From contig CAVPHD010000005.1 of NCBI GenBank assembly GCA_963704165.1, positions 128,001-192,000 of the forward strand: a stretch of 64,000 bases of DNA, in the 5' to 3' direction. The notes beneath the pieces are model-generated. The model saw only the letters and a list, made by a program, of their open reading frames with translations. It was not told where the DNA came from and made no database searches. The position numbers were made by a program, and so were the translations under genes. Source of the stretch: an uncultured delta proteobacterium. GTDB taxonomy: Bacteria > Myxococcota_A > UBA9160 > SZUA-336. Positions 1 through 9,753 of the stretch are shown here, piece after piece; position 1 is the stretch's first letter; every line of letters begins with the position of its first letter.

Positions 1-2
1 GC

Positions 3-2792
3 GGTTCGGGCGCGTCCAATGTACCCGAGCTCGTCGCGGGTCTCTCCGGCGGCGAAGCCGACGTCCGCGTGCATGGATCGGTTCTGCTCGCAGCGAACTC
101 GGCAACGGGCGGGGCGAACTCGATCTACGGCGACCACGTGGTCGTGGACGGTGCAGTGAGTCGTGCGGCCGTGCGGGGCGCGGGCGAGACCGCTCTCGTC
201 GTCGTCGCGAAGAGCGCGCTCGCATTCGGCGGCAACCTGTCGGCCGACCGGATCGACCTCGAGCTCGCGACCGGCGATCTCGACCTGGCGGCGACGGGAT
301 CGAGCCAGATCTCGGCGAACACCATTCGCCTCGCCGCGACCGACGGAAACGGCGGCAGCGTCACGAGCGAGGTGATTCTGACCGGACTTCTGCTCGAGAA
401 CGAAGCGGGTACCGCGACGCCGAGCTCCCTGACGATCGAGCAGGACCGCTCGATCGGAAGCGGCGGTTCGCCCCTGCCCGAGATGGGCGGCACAGACCGC
501 GCGATCGCGTTGATCTCCCACGACGGGGCGATCGCGATCCAGGCCGCGGACGTGGCGCCGGGCACGAAGCTGACGCTCGCGGCAAACGGCGTCGCGGGTA
601 CGACGGGCCCCGCGGTCCACGTCGCCGGAGATCTCGACGTCGCCGGGCTCACGATCGGAGCCGTGAGCTCGAACGGTGATCGCGTCGATGGTGACGCGTT
701 CGTCGCCGGTGATCTCGCCGTGGGCGGCACGGGGTTCCTCTCCCATGCAGATCTCGTCGATGTCAGTGGCGGCGCGGCGATCGACGGTCCCGCGAGGTTC
801 GCCGGCGAGGGCGATCAGGTGCTGCGCGTCGGTGCGGGCGAGACACTCGCGCTCGGGGGGCTACTCACGTCCAAGAGCACCGCCGGCAAGCTCACGCTCG
901 ATGCCGATACGATCCGACTCACGGCGCTCGAAAGTCAGACGATCGAGAATCAGGCTGGTCAGCTCGAGATCGGATCGGCGAACCTGGCCGGGATCGTGAA
1001 GGGCGACTTCGACGGCTCGGGGAATCCGGTCCGAGCCGCCTCGCCGGCCGGTCTCACGTTGCGCGGATCGGCGGAGGCCGGTCAGGGTCCCGCGGTCAGG
1101 GTCAACGGCACGCGCGAGATCGACGGTGATCCGCTCGCCGACGGCCGGGACTACGCAATCGCGGTAGCCGACGGCGATTTGACCATCGACGCGCGCCTGA
1201 TCGAAACCGACACCACCCCGGAGGGTGCATTCGCGACGTGGTCGCTCGACGGTGACGTGCTCGCATTCGGCGACGTCACGCTGCTCGGCCGCGGCGAACT
1301 CGAAGCCGGTCGCGAGGACTACGTCCTCACCGCTCGACGCGCGGGTGACACACCTTCGACGTCGCGCGGCGGAGAGCTCCGGGTCATGGGAGTCGCGGCG
1401 ACGGACGGTAATCTCGTGCTTCGCGCCGAGGGCGACCCGCCGAGCGAGCTGCGGCCGAATCCGACCGCGCTCCGCATCGGTGGTGAATTCGACGTCGCGC
1501 ACGACCTGACGCTCGAGGGTACGACGGAAACCGCGTCCGACGCGGTCTTCCGCGTGGGCGGGGACGTGGTCTTCGAATCGCAGGTTCGCGGGCGCGGTGG
1601 TCTCTCGATCGTGAGCGGCGGAGTCACCGATTTCCGCGACGACGTCGCGCTCGACGGGTCCGCTCTGTCGGCCGCCGCCCGGGGTGGGATTCAGTTCGGC
1701 TCTGTCGCGCAAACGCAGACGATCTCGGCCGGCAGCCTCTCCTTCGGATCCGCGGACGTTCCCCCTCCGCCGAGCGGTCAGGCGAGCCTGTTCCGAAACG
1801 GCGATCTCGTTCTCGACGCGACGAACGGCAATCTGGAGTTCGCAAGGGGCGAGCGGCTCATCGTCGCGGGGGATCTCGACATCTCGTCGAGCAAGAAGGT
1901 CGTGCTCGCGGACACCGCCGCGCTCGATCTCGACGTGAACGGCAGTGAGATCCAGGTCCATGGCGGCTCCGTCGTCGCGGCCAATCACATCGACCTGTCC
2001 AGTCGGCCGAGCGTTCGCGGGTCCCCGAGCGCGACGTTCGCCACGCCGACCCGCGAGGAGGTCTCGGGAAACATCGCCAATGCCGACGTGGTCCTGCGCC
2101 AGTTCTCGAATCGGCCGACCCAGCTCACGCAGTCCGACCTGGCCGCTGGGATCTTCCCGACGGTGAACGGCCCTGCGCTCTACGATTTCGCGATCGAGGT
2201 TCCTCGACTCGGCCGCCCGGCATCGATCACGCGGCCGCGTGCGGACGTCGCGAAGCTCGCGAGCGCGCGCGAGGCACGCCCGCTCTGGGCGGACGAGTTC
2301 TTGGTGTATCTCGATGCGCAATCACGCCGCGCGCCGACCGCACGAGAACAGGGCGCGCTTCCGCCCGTGAGCGCAGGGCCGAGTTCGACGATGCGGGACG
2401 CCGGGCGCGAAGTGGCGAACCCGGCTGCGGAGCAGGCGATCGCACCCTATCGCGCGCTTTTCCGCCCCTCGACGGACGTAGACACCGAGTCAGGAATCGT
2501 TCAAGGCCACGACCGCACGCCCGAGATTCGCGAAGCCTTCGCGCGCGCGGTGGAAGCGGCCTCCTCCCGACGAGGCGGCGCCGCACCCACTGCGGCCGAG
2601 GTCGAAGCCGCGATCGAGGCGGATCCGGAGCTCGAAGATGCGCGCACCTACCGTGCCGATCTCGGTGAGCTCGTCGCTGCGGCCAACCGCGTACTCGACG
2701 CCGATCAGCGCGATCGCTTCCGAGCGCTCCTGCTCGCGCGTGTGACTCCGAAGGGAATCACTCCGACGGAGTTCGACGCGCTCATCCCGTGA
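3..2792 (+). CDS. Large Gly/Ala/Leu/Asp-rich beta-helix-like (filamentous haemagglutinin-type) surface protein, 5'-truncated by the window
   Basis: Frame is open from the window start to TGA at 2790-2792. Repetitive beta-strand motifs (GDLTIDA, GNLVLRA, GDLDIS) for about 700 aa, then a helical C-terminal region of about 190 aa. Confidence 0.6.
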   Translation, partial: GSGASNVPELVAGLSGGEADVRVHGSVLLAANSATGGANSIYGDHVVVDGAVSRAAVRGAGETALVVVAKSALAFGGNLSADRIDLELATGDLDLAATGSSQISANTIRLAATDGNGGSVTSEVILTGLLLENEAGTATPSSLTIEQDRSIGSGGSPLPEMGGTDRAIALISHDGAIAIQAADVAPGTKLTLAANGVAGTTGPAVHVAGDLDVAGLTIGAVSSNGDRVDGDAFVAGDLAVGGTGFLSHADLVDVSGGAAIDGPARFAGEGDQVLRVGAGETLALGGLLTSKSTAGKLTLDADTIRLTALESQTIENQAGQLEIGSANLAGIVKGDFDGSGNPVRAASPAGLTLRGSAEAGQGPAVRVNGTREIDGDPLADGRDYAIAVADGDLTIDARLIETDTTPEGAFATWSLDGDVLAFGDVTLLGRGELEAGREDYVLTARRAGDTPSTSRGGELRVMGVAATDGNLVLRAEGDPPSELRPNPTALRIGGEFDVAHDLTLEGTTETASDAVFRVGGDVVFESQVRGRGGLSIVSGGVTDFRDDVALDGSALSAAARGGIQFGSVAQTQTISAGSLSFGSADVPPPPSGQASLFRNGDLVLDATNGNLEFARGERLIVAGDLDISSSKKVVLADTAALDLDVNGSEIQVHGGSVVAANHIDLSSRPSVRGSPSATFATPTREEVSGNIANADVVLRQFSNRPTQLTQSDLAAGIFPTVNGPALYDFAIEVPRLGRPASITRPRADVAKLASAREARPLWADEFLVYLDAQSRRAPTAREQGALPPVSAGPSSTMRDAGREVANPAAEQAIAPYRALFRPSTDVDTESGIVQGHDRTPEIREAFARAVEAASSRRGGAAPTAAEVEAAIEADPELEDARTYRADLGELVAAANRVLDADQRDRFRALLLARVTPKGITPTEFDALIP

Positions 2793-2807
2793 GCGCGAAC
2801 CCGAGCG

Positions 2808-3665
2808 CTACTGGACCTGTTGCGGACACGACGGATTCGGATCCGTCACGCAGCTCTTCGGCAGGACGCGTGGGCCGTACAGGGGCAGATTCGCGAGCTG
2901 ATCGAGCTCGAGCTCCGCGCTGTCGCGAAGCTCCTCCTCGGGTCCGAGCTCGAGAGCGCGGCGCAGCGTGCTCTCCGCTTCGCCGAACCGCTGCAGGCGA
3001 GCTAGCGCGACTCCGAGATGAACCATGGTGCGCGCGCGGTCCCTGTGACTCGGGTACTGCGTGAGGGCCGCCCGGTAGCGGCGCACCGCGGAGTGCCATT
3101 CGTGCTGGGAGAAGTAGAAGTCACCGATGTCGATGGACTGCCGAGCGAGGCGATCCTCGGCCTCGGCGAGGCGCACGCGCGCATCACCGGCCATATCGGA
3201 GCTCGGGAAGCGCTCGAGCAGCGCGCGGAACTGGGCGACGGCCTCGCGCGTCGGCGCCTGGTCGCGATTCGACGTGCGCATCTGGTTGTACGAGCACAAA
3301 CCATTCCGGTAGAGCGCGTACGCCACCTTCGGGTGATTGGGGTGTAGCTCGACGAAGTCGTGGTAGTAGCTCGACGCTTCCTCGTAGGCCTCTCGCTCGA
3401 AGTGGATGTCGGCGATCGCGAGCTCGGAGAGCAGCGAGTATTCGCTGTACGGGTAGTTGTCGATCACTTCCTGAAACGACTCGATCGCCTTTGGGTAGTC
3501 GACGTCGTGGAAGAACAGGAAGACGCGACGTCCCTCGAGGGTTTTCAGGCCGCGTTGGTAGTAGGATTCGGCGGACGGGAGCTCTTCATCGGGCGGCGCA
3601 GTTGCGCAGGCGCAAAGAAGGGCGATCGTCAGGACGGTGATTCCGCGCGCCGCTTTCTCGAGCAC
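2808..3665 (-). CDS. bamD: Outer membrane protein assembly factor BamD (TPR lipoprotein)
   Basis: Lipobox-like LLCAC; motifs FQEVIDNYPYS, FVELHPNHPKVAYALY, RDQAPTREA, IGDFYF...SAVRRY. GTG start at 3665 is inferred. Confidence 0.88.
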   Translation of the reverse strand: MLEKAARGITVLTIALLCACATAPPDEELPSAESYYQRGLKTLEGRRVFLFFHDVDYPKAIESFQEVIDNYPYSEYSLLSELAIADIHFEREAYEEASSYYHDFVELHPNHPKVAYALYRNGLCSYNQMRTSNRDQAPTREAVAQFRALLERFPSSDMAGDARVRLAEAEDRLARQSIDIGDFYFSQHEWHSAVRRYRAALTQYPSHRDRARTMVHLGVALARLQRFGEAESTLRRALELGPEEELRDSAELELDQLANLPLYGPRVLPKSCVTDPNPSCPQQVQ

Positions 3666-3719
3666 CCCGGCTCGAGGCTCGCGGGTTTCTGTAAGTGTCC
3701 GGTTTTTCACGGATTTTGC

Positions 3720-3748
3720 ACAGTAAACGGGGATCCCAGCGCTGTCAA
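3720..3748 (-). promoter_or_regulatory. Sigma70-type promoter for bamD
   Basis: Minus strand TTGACA (3748-3743), 17-nt spacer, TACTGT (3725-3720) in an AT-richer intergenic gap. Confidence 0.65.
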
Positions 3749-3788
3749 CGCAGGCACCCCCCAAGCCGACTCGAGAAGAGGACGAACG

Positions 3789-4061
3789 ATGCCATCCAAG
3801 GATCAGACGACCGACATCCGCCTGGCCGAGCGCCAACTGCGCCGACAGGGCGCGGTCCAGGGCGGCGCGCCCGACCGCTCGGGACTCGCCGACCTGACCG
3901 GCCAGCTCGAGGTTCCGACGCAGGAGGATCTCGACAAGCTGCGAGCCGACCTGATCAGCGAGGGCGAGGCACGCAATCGCCGCATCGAGCGATTCGTCCG
4001 GGAAGGCCCGCTGAAGCCCGTACCTCGTGTGGTGGTGCCCGTTTCGGAGAACGATCTCTAG
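3789..4061 (+). CDS. Hypothetical protein (90 aa)
   Basis: ATG at 3789 preceded by AGAGGA SD; fills the gap ahead of the housekeeping block. Confidence 0.6.
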   Translation: MPSKDQTTDIRLAERQLRRQGAVQGGAPDRSGLADLTGQLEVPTQEDLDKLRADLISEGEARNRRIERFVREGPLKPVPRVVVPVSENDL

Positions 4062-4077
4062 AGCCGGAGACGGCTTC

Positions 4078-4707
4078 GTGATCAAGGAACGCCTCGGATC
4101 GGACGTCGACGCGGTCGTGTACCGCCTCTTTCCGTTCGTCCGCTCGCTGCGCATCCATCCCGACACGCTGACTCTGACGGGAGCCGCGGTCTCGCTGCTC
4201 GCGGCATGGGCCTTCGCGGAGGAGCAGCGCTTCGTCGCAGGTCTCGCGCTGATGGTCGCAGGCTTCTTCGACCTGATCGATGGGGTGGTCGCCCGGCAGC
4301 AGGGTCTCTCGTCGAGCGCGGGGGCCTTCTTCGATTCGTCGATCGATCGCCTCTCCGACCTGGTGGTCTTCGGCGGTATCGCCGTTGCGCGCGCTGCCGC
4401 AGGTGATGCCGCCGGGACGGTTCTCGTGATGTGGGCGATCACGGCGACCGTGATGACGAGCTATACGCGGGCCTCGGCCGAGAAACGCCTGCACACGCTG
4501 AAAGTCGGAATGATGGAGCGTGGCGAGCGCTTCGGCGTACTGATCCTCGGTGCGCTCACCGGCTTCGTGATGACCGCGGTCGTCGTGATCGCGATCGGTG
4601 CGACCATCACCTCGGTGCAGCGGGTGCTTGCCGGACGCCGACTCCTCCATGAGCTCGATGCGACCGGAGTGGACCCGACAAGAGAGGAGGCGGCGAGTGG
4701 CGGGTGA
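4078..4707 (+). CDS. CDP-alcohol phosphatidyltransferase family protein
   Basis: Signature DLIDGVVARQQG...GAFFDSSIDRLSD; PDTLT N-terminal motif; SYTRASAE and ERGER typical of the PI/PIP-synthase-like subgroup. Confidence 0.88.
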   Translation: MIKERLGSDVDAVVYRLFPFVRSLRIHPDTLTLTGAAVSLLAAWAFAEEQRFVAGLALMVAGFFDLIDGVVARQQGLSSSAGAFFDSSIDRLSDLVVFGGIAVARAAAGDAAGTVLVMWAITATVMTSYTRASAEKRLHTLKVGMMERGERFGVLILGALTGFVMTAVVVIAIGATITSVQRVLAGRRLLHELDATGVDPTREEAASGG

Positions 4708-5011
4708 GCAGGGCGGACCGCGTGGATTCAAGCTGGTCGAGGAAGCGGGCGAATCGCCGGCTTCCGAGATGAGCTTCAGCACGCTGGTGATCTCGCTGGC
4801 GAGCTCCGCGCTCGTCCATCTAGGCGTCGCACCCGAGCCCGGTGTCCCCGCGCCCGGGCCCGCGAACCTGCCCCTCGCGCAACAGACGATCGACATCCTC
4901 GAGGTTCTGAAGCAGAAAACGCGCGGGAACCTCGACGCCGACGAATCGAACCTGCTCGAGCAGGCGCTGCACGATCTGCACATGCGGTTTCTGGCTGCGC
5001 GACGGAGCTAG
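4697..5011 (+). CDS. DUF1844 family protein
   Basis: FSTLVISLASSALVHLG...AQQTIDILEVLKQKTRGNL...EQALHDLHMRF pattern; GTG start after GGAGG. Confidence 0.8.
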   Translation: MAGEQGGPRGFKLVEEAGESPASEMSFSTLVISLASSALVHLGVAPEPGVPAPGPANLPLAQQTIDILEVLKQKTRGNLDADESNLLEQALHDLHMRFLAARRS

Positions 5012-5017
5012 TCGCAG

Positions 5018-5968
<951 letters not shown>

Positions 5969-5989
5969 AGCAGCAGACAGGCCAACCCA

Positions 5990-6940
5990 ATGACCAGCAA
6001 CATCACGAAGATCTTCACCGGAAACTCCAGCCCGCATCTGGCGGCCGCGATCTGCGAACACCTCGATCTCGATCTCGGACGAGTCGAGGTCGGCACGTTC
6101 GCCGACGGCGAGACGTCCGTGGACATCGGCGAGAACGTGCGCGGCATGGACGTCTTCGTGATCCAGTCCACGTGCGCGCCCGCGAACAACAACTTGATGG
6201 AGCTGTTGATCCTGCTCGACGCGCTTCGGCGCTCGTCGGTCCGCCGTGTCACTGCCGTGATTCCCTACTACGGCTACGCGCGCCAGGATCGGAAAGTGAA
6301 GCCGCGCACCCCGATCACCGCGAAGCTCGTCGCCGATCTGATCTCCACCGCCGGGGCCGAGAGGCTGCTCTGCCTCGATCTCCACGCCGGCCAGATCCAG
6401 GGTTTCTTCAACATCCCCGTGGACAACATCTACGGCATGCCCGTCCTGCTGCAGCAGATCCGCGCACTCGTACCGTCGCGCGACGAAGTCGTCGTCGTCT
6501 CGCCGGACGCCGGTGGCGTAGAGCGCGCGCGCGCGTTCGCGAAGCGGCTCGATGCGAGCATCGCGATCGGTGACAAGCGGCGCGAGCGCAAGGACATTGC
6601 CGAGGTCACGCGCATCGTCGGCGACGTCGACGACAAGACCGCCGTCATCGTGGACGACATCGTCAGCACCGGCGGATCGATCGTGCAGACTGCCGAGGCG
6701 CTCCGCGAAGCGGGCGCGAAGCGAGTGCTCGCGGCGATCACGCACCCCGTGCTCGCCGGCGAAGCGGTCAAGCGCATCGAGGAATCCTGCATCGAACGTT
6801 TCATCACCACCGACACCATTCCGGTGAAGCAGGAAGTCCGCGACAGCGAGAAGTTCGTCATCACGACGGTCGCACACCTCCTCGGTGAAGCGATCCGACG
6901 CATCCACAATGAAGAGTCCGTGAGCTCGCTCTTCGTCTGA
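5990..6940 (+). CDS. prs: Ribose-phosphate pyrophosphokinase
   Basis: FADGE, PYYGYARQDRK, DLHAGQIQGFF, VSPDAGG, VDDIVSTGGS, C-terminal SVSSLF. Confidence 0.97.
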   Translation: MTSNITKIFTGNSSPHLAAAICEHLDLDLGRVEVGTFADGETSVDIGENVRGMDVFVIQSTCAPANNNLMELLILLDALRRSSVRRVTAVIPYYGYARQDRKVKPRTPITAKLVADLISTAGAERLLCLDLHAGQIQGFFNIPVDNIYGMPVLLQQIRALVPSRDEVVVVSPDAGGVERARAFAKRLDASIAIGDKRRERKDIAEVTRIVGDVDDKTAVIVDDIVSTGGSIVQTAEALREAGAKRVLAAITHPVLAGEAVKRIEESCIERFITTDTIPVKQEVRDSEKFVITTVAHLLGEAIRRIHNEESVSSLFV

Positions 6941-6961
6941 GTTCGAGCGGAGGGAACCGAT

Positions 6962-7636
6962 ATGTCGATCGAAAGACTCGAGCTCGAAGTGAGCCTGCGC
7001 GACGGACGCGGCAAGAGCGTCACCCGGAAGCTGCGTGCCGCCGGCCGGATTCCCGCCGTGGTCTACGGAAGCGGAATCGCACCGACGGCGATCGAGGTCG
7101 AAAGCCAGGCCCTCGCCAAGGTCCTGCGCGGCGGGGTCAACGCGCTCGTCGATCTGAAGGGCGCGAAGGGCATCGAGGGCAAGCCCGTGCTCGTGAAGGA
7201 AGTTCAGCGCGATCCGCTCTCGCGCCGAGTCGTCCATTGCGACCTCTACGCCGTCAATCTGCAAGCGCGTCTCGACGTCGAGGTTCCCCTTCACTTCATC
7301 GGAATTCCGCGCGGCGTCGCGCTCGACGGTGGCGTGCTCGAGCCGGTCATCCGCGCGCTCGAAGTCTCGTGCATGCCGCTCGCGATTCCGGAGTCGATCG
7401 AGATCGATGTCTCGGATCTCGGCATCGGTGACGCGATCCACGTACGGGACCTCGTGCTTCCCGCCGACGTCGTCTGCAAGACCGACCTCGACATGACGGT
7501 CACGCACGTCGTTGCGCCGAGACTCGAAGAGGTCGCCGCTCCCGTCGCCGCCGAGGGCGTGCCCGCCGAAGGCGCGGCCGCTGCGACCCCCGAGGGCGCT
7601 GCGCCGGCCGCAGGCGCCGCGAAGTCCGGGGAGTAA
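6962..7636 (+). CDS. rplY: 50S ribosomal protein L25/Ctc
   Basis: RKLRAAGRIPAVVYG, VKEVQRDP...HCDLY, P-ESIEIDVSDL; lies between prs and pth. Confidence 0.95.
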   Translation: MSIERLELEVSLRDGRGKSVTRKLRAAGRIPAVVYGSGIAPTAIEVESQALAKVLRGGVNALVDLKGAKGIEGKPVLVKEVQRDPLSRRVVHCDLYAVNLQARLDVEVPLHFIGIPRGVALDGGVLEPVIRALEVSCMPLAIPESIEIDVSDLGIGDAIHVRDLVLPADVVCKTDLDMTVTHVVAPRLEEVAAPVAAEGVPAEGAAAATPEGAAPAAGAAKSGE

Positions 7637-7653
7637 GCGCAGGCAGACGCACG

Positions 7654-8247
7654 ATGCTGCTCTTCGTCGGGCTCGGGAATCCCGGGCCTCGTTACGCCGA
7701 GACGCCGCACAATGCCGGATTCGCCGTCTGCGACCGCCTGATTGCGAAGCACCGCTTCCCGTCGGCCAACGAGAAGTTCGAGGGGCTCTTCACGCGCGGA
7801 AAGATGTCCGGACACGACCTCGGCGTCCTGAAGCCGCAGACGTTCATGAATCTCTCGGGGCAGTCCGTCGGCGCAGCCCTTCGCTACTTGCCGGTCGAGC
7901 TCTCGGATCTGGTGGTCGTCGTCGACGAGATGGACATCCCCGGCGGAAAGCTCCGCCTCCGTCGCTCGGGGGGGCACGGCGGCCACAACGGCCTCAGGTC
8001 GATCATCGAGCAGCTCGGATCGTCCGACTTTCCGCGCATTCGCGTCGGGATCGGCCGCCCACCCGCGGGCCGGGAGCCGACCGGTCACCTGCTCTCGAAG
8101 GTCCAGGCCGAGGAGCGCGATCGCTACTCGGCCACGATCGATCTCGCCGTCGCGGCGCTCGAGATGGTGGCGGGTCAGGGCTTCGAGGCGGCGATGAATC
8201 ACTTCAACGGGCTGCCCCCCGTCGGCCCCCCCACCACGCCGCCATGA
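7654..8247 (+). CDS. pth: Peptidyl-tRNA hydrolase
   Basis: VGLGNPG, TPHNAGF, KPQTFMNLSG, GGHNGLRSI, RIRVGIGRP. Confidence 0.96.
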   Translation: MLLFVGLGNPGPRYAETPHNAGFAVCDRLIAKHRFPSANEKFEGLFTRGKMSGHDLGVLKPQTFMNLSGQSVGAALRYLPVELSDLVVVVDEMDIPGGKLRLRRSGGHGGHNGLRSIIEQLGSSDFPRIRVGIGRPPAGREPTGHLLSKVQAEERDRYSATIDLAVAALEMVAGQGFEAAMNHFNGLPPVGPPTTPP

Positions 8248-8356
8248 ACACCGGCGCCGTCCAGCGTGCCGATCGGACGGCCGCCCCGAGGTGCGCCCGA
8301 TGCCCGGTGGCATCGCGGAGCGCATCGGACTAGACTGCGCCCGCCGAACGGCACCT

Positions 8357-8396
8357 TCCTTGGTCCCGGTACCGCCGGGGCCCGACGCCACGAGGA
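8357..8396 (+). promoter_or_regulatory. Putative S6:S18-binding rpsF leader RNA
   Basis: TCCTTG (8357-62) pairs with CGAGGA (8391-96, overlapping the SD); inner hairpin GTCCCGG/CCGGGGC; unpaired CCA (8388-90) at the CCR-motif position; TAGACT -10-like box at 8331-8336. Confidence 0.65.
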
Positions 8397-8402
8397 GAGG
8401 AC

Positions 8403-8882
8403 GTGCGAGAGTACGAGTTCGTCTACGTGATCCAGCCCGACGCGACCCCCGAGCGCGAGGCGGAGATCCACCAGCGCATCGACCAGGTCGTCGCCGACCA
8501 GAATGGGCGCTTCCTGCTGCGCGACGATTGGGGCAAGCGCCGGCTCGCCTACGAGATCAAGAAGTTCCAGAAGGGCCACTACTTCCAGGTGAACTTCCTC
8601 GGAGTCGGGAAGGAGATCGCCGAGATCGAACGCCTCATGCGGATCGACGCCGACATCCTTCGCTACCTGTCCGTGCTCGCGAACGAGGATGTGGCGGACG
8701 TCGAGACGCGCGTGGTCGAGGCCGCGAAGCAGGCTGCCGAACAGGCGCAGCGCCGCGCGGAACGCGAGGCCGAGCGGGCAGCGCGCGAGGAACGGGACAA
8801 GGAGCGCGAGCGCGGCCCTGCCGGCGGCGACGACGACGACGACGAGCCGCGGTATCGCGCCGACGACGAGGACGAGGAGTAA
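8403..8882 (+). CDS. rpsF: 30S ribosomal protein S6 with long charged C-terminal tail
   Basis: MREYEFVYVIQPD, WGKRRLAYEIKK, ILRYL. Confidence 0.96.
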   Translation: MREYEFVYVIQPDATPEREAEIHQRIDQVVADQNGRFLLRDDWGKRRLAYEIKKFQKGHYFQVNFLGVGKEIAEIERLMRIDADILRYLSVLANEDVADVETRVVEAAKQAAEQAQRRAEREAERAAREERDKERERGPAGGDDDDDEPRYRADDEDEE

Positions 8883-8888
8883 GAGATC

Positions 8889-9164
8889 ATGGTCGACATC
8901 ATTGCCAAGAGGCCGGCGAAGAAGCGCCGACGCGCCGGGCGCAAGATGTTCTCGCGCCACAAAGTCTGCCGGTTCTGCGCGGACAAAGAGATCGACATCG
9001 ACTACAAGGATGCGAAGACGCTGCGGATCTTCATCACCGAGCGCTGCAAGATCATTCCCCGCCGGATCAGCGGGAACTGCGCCAAGCACCAGCGCAGGCT
9101 GACCACCGCCGTCAAGCGCGCCCGGCATCTGGCGCTGATTCCGTACACGACGGCGCACGTCTAG
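8889..9164 (+). CDS. rpsR: 30S ribosomal protein S18 (zinc-binding type)
   Basis: [29 protein letters not shown]. Confidence 0.97.
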   Translation: MVDIIAKRPAKKRRRAGRKMFSRHKVCRFCADKEIDIDYKDAKTLRIFITERCKIIPRRISGNCAKHQRRLTTAVKRARHLALIPYTTAHV

Positions 9165-9173
9165 GGAGACGCG

Positions 9174-9704
9174 ATGGCGACCATCGAGGTGATACTGACC
9201 GAGGACATCCACCGGCTCGGAAACGCGGGAGATGTCGTGCGCGTGAAGGCCGGATTCGGGCGCAACTATCTGCTTCCGCAGGGAAAGGCGATGTTGGCCA
9301 CCGCGTCGCGGGTCAAGCAGGTCGAACACCAGCGGCGCGTGATCGACGAGCTGCAGAAGAAGGCGGTCGCCGGATTCCAGGATCTCGCGCGACGCGTCCT
9401 GGCCGTCGACATGACCTTCGAGATGCAGGCGAGCCCGGAGGGAAAGCTCTTCGGCTCGGTCACGAACGCAGACGTCGCCGCGCGCCTGGCGGCCGGAGGG
9501 GTCGAGATCGAGCGTCGCAAGATCGTGATCGCCGAGCCGATCAAGGCCACCGGCGATCATGCCGTCGTCGTCCGGCTCCATCGCGAGGTGCAGACGTCGA
9601 TCGTCGTGAAGGTCGTCGCCAGCGGGGCGTCCACGGAGAGCGAGGAGTCGGAGCCCGAGGGAATGGAGACCGAAGAGCGGCGGGATTTCGGCGACGACGG
9701 CTGA
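9174..9704 (+). CDS. rplI: 50S ribosomal protein L9
   Basis: LGNAGDVVRVKAGFGRNYLLPQGKA, GKLFGSVT, PIKATG. Confidence 0.97.
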   Translation: MATIEVILTEDIHRLGNAGDVVRVKAGFGRNYLLPQGKAMLATASRVKQVEHQRRVIDELQKKAVAGFQDLARRVLAVDMTFEMQASPEGKLFGSVTNADVAARLAAGGVEIERRKIVIAEPIKATGDHAVVVRLHREVQTSIVVKVVASGASTESEESEPEGMETEERRDFGDDG

Positions 9705-9753
9705 TCCGCTCGTGTAAGATCCAAGTCGACTTGCGGCGAGGTAGGGGGGCTAC

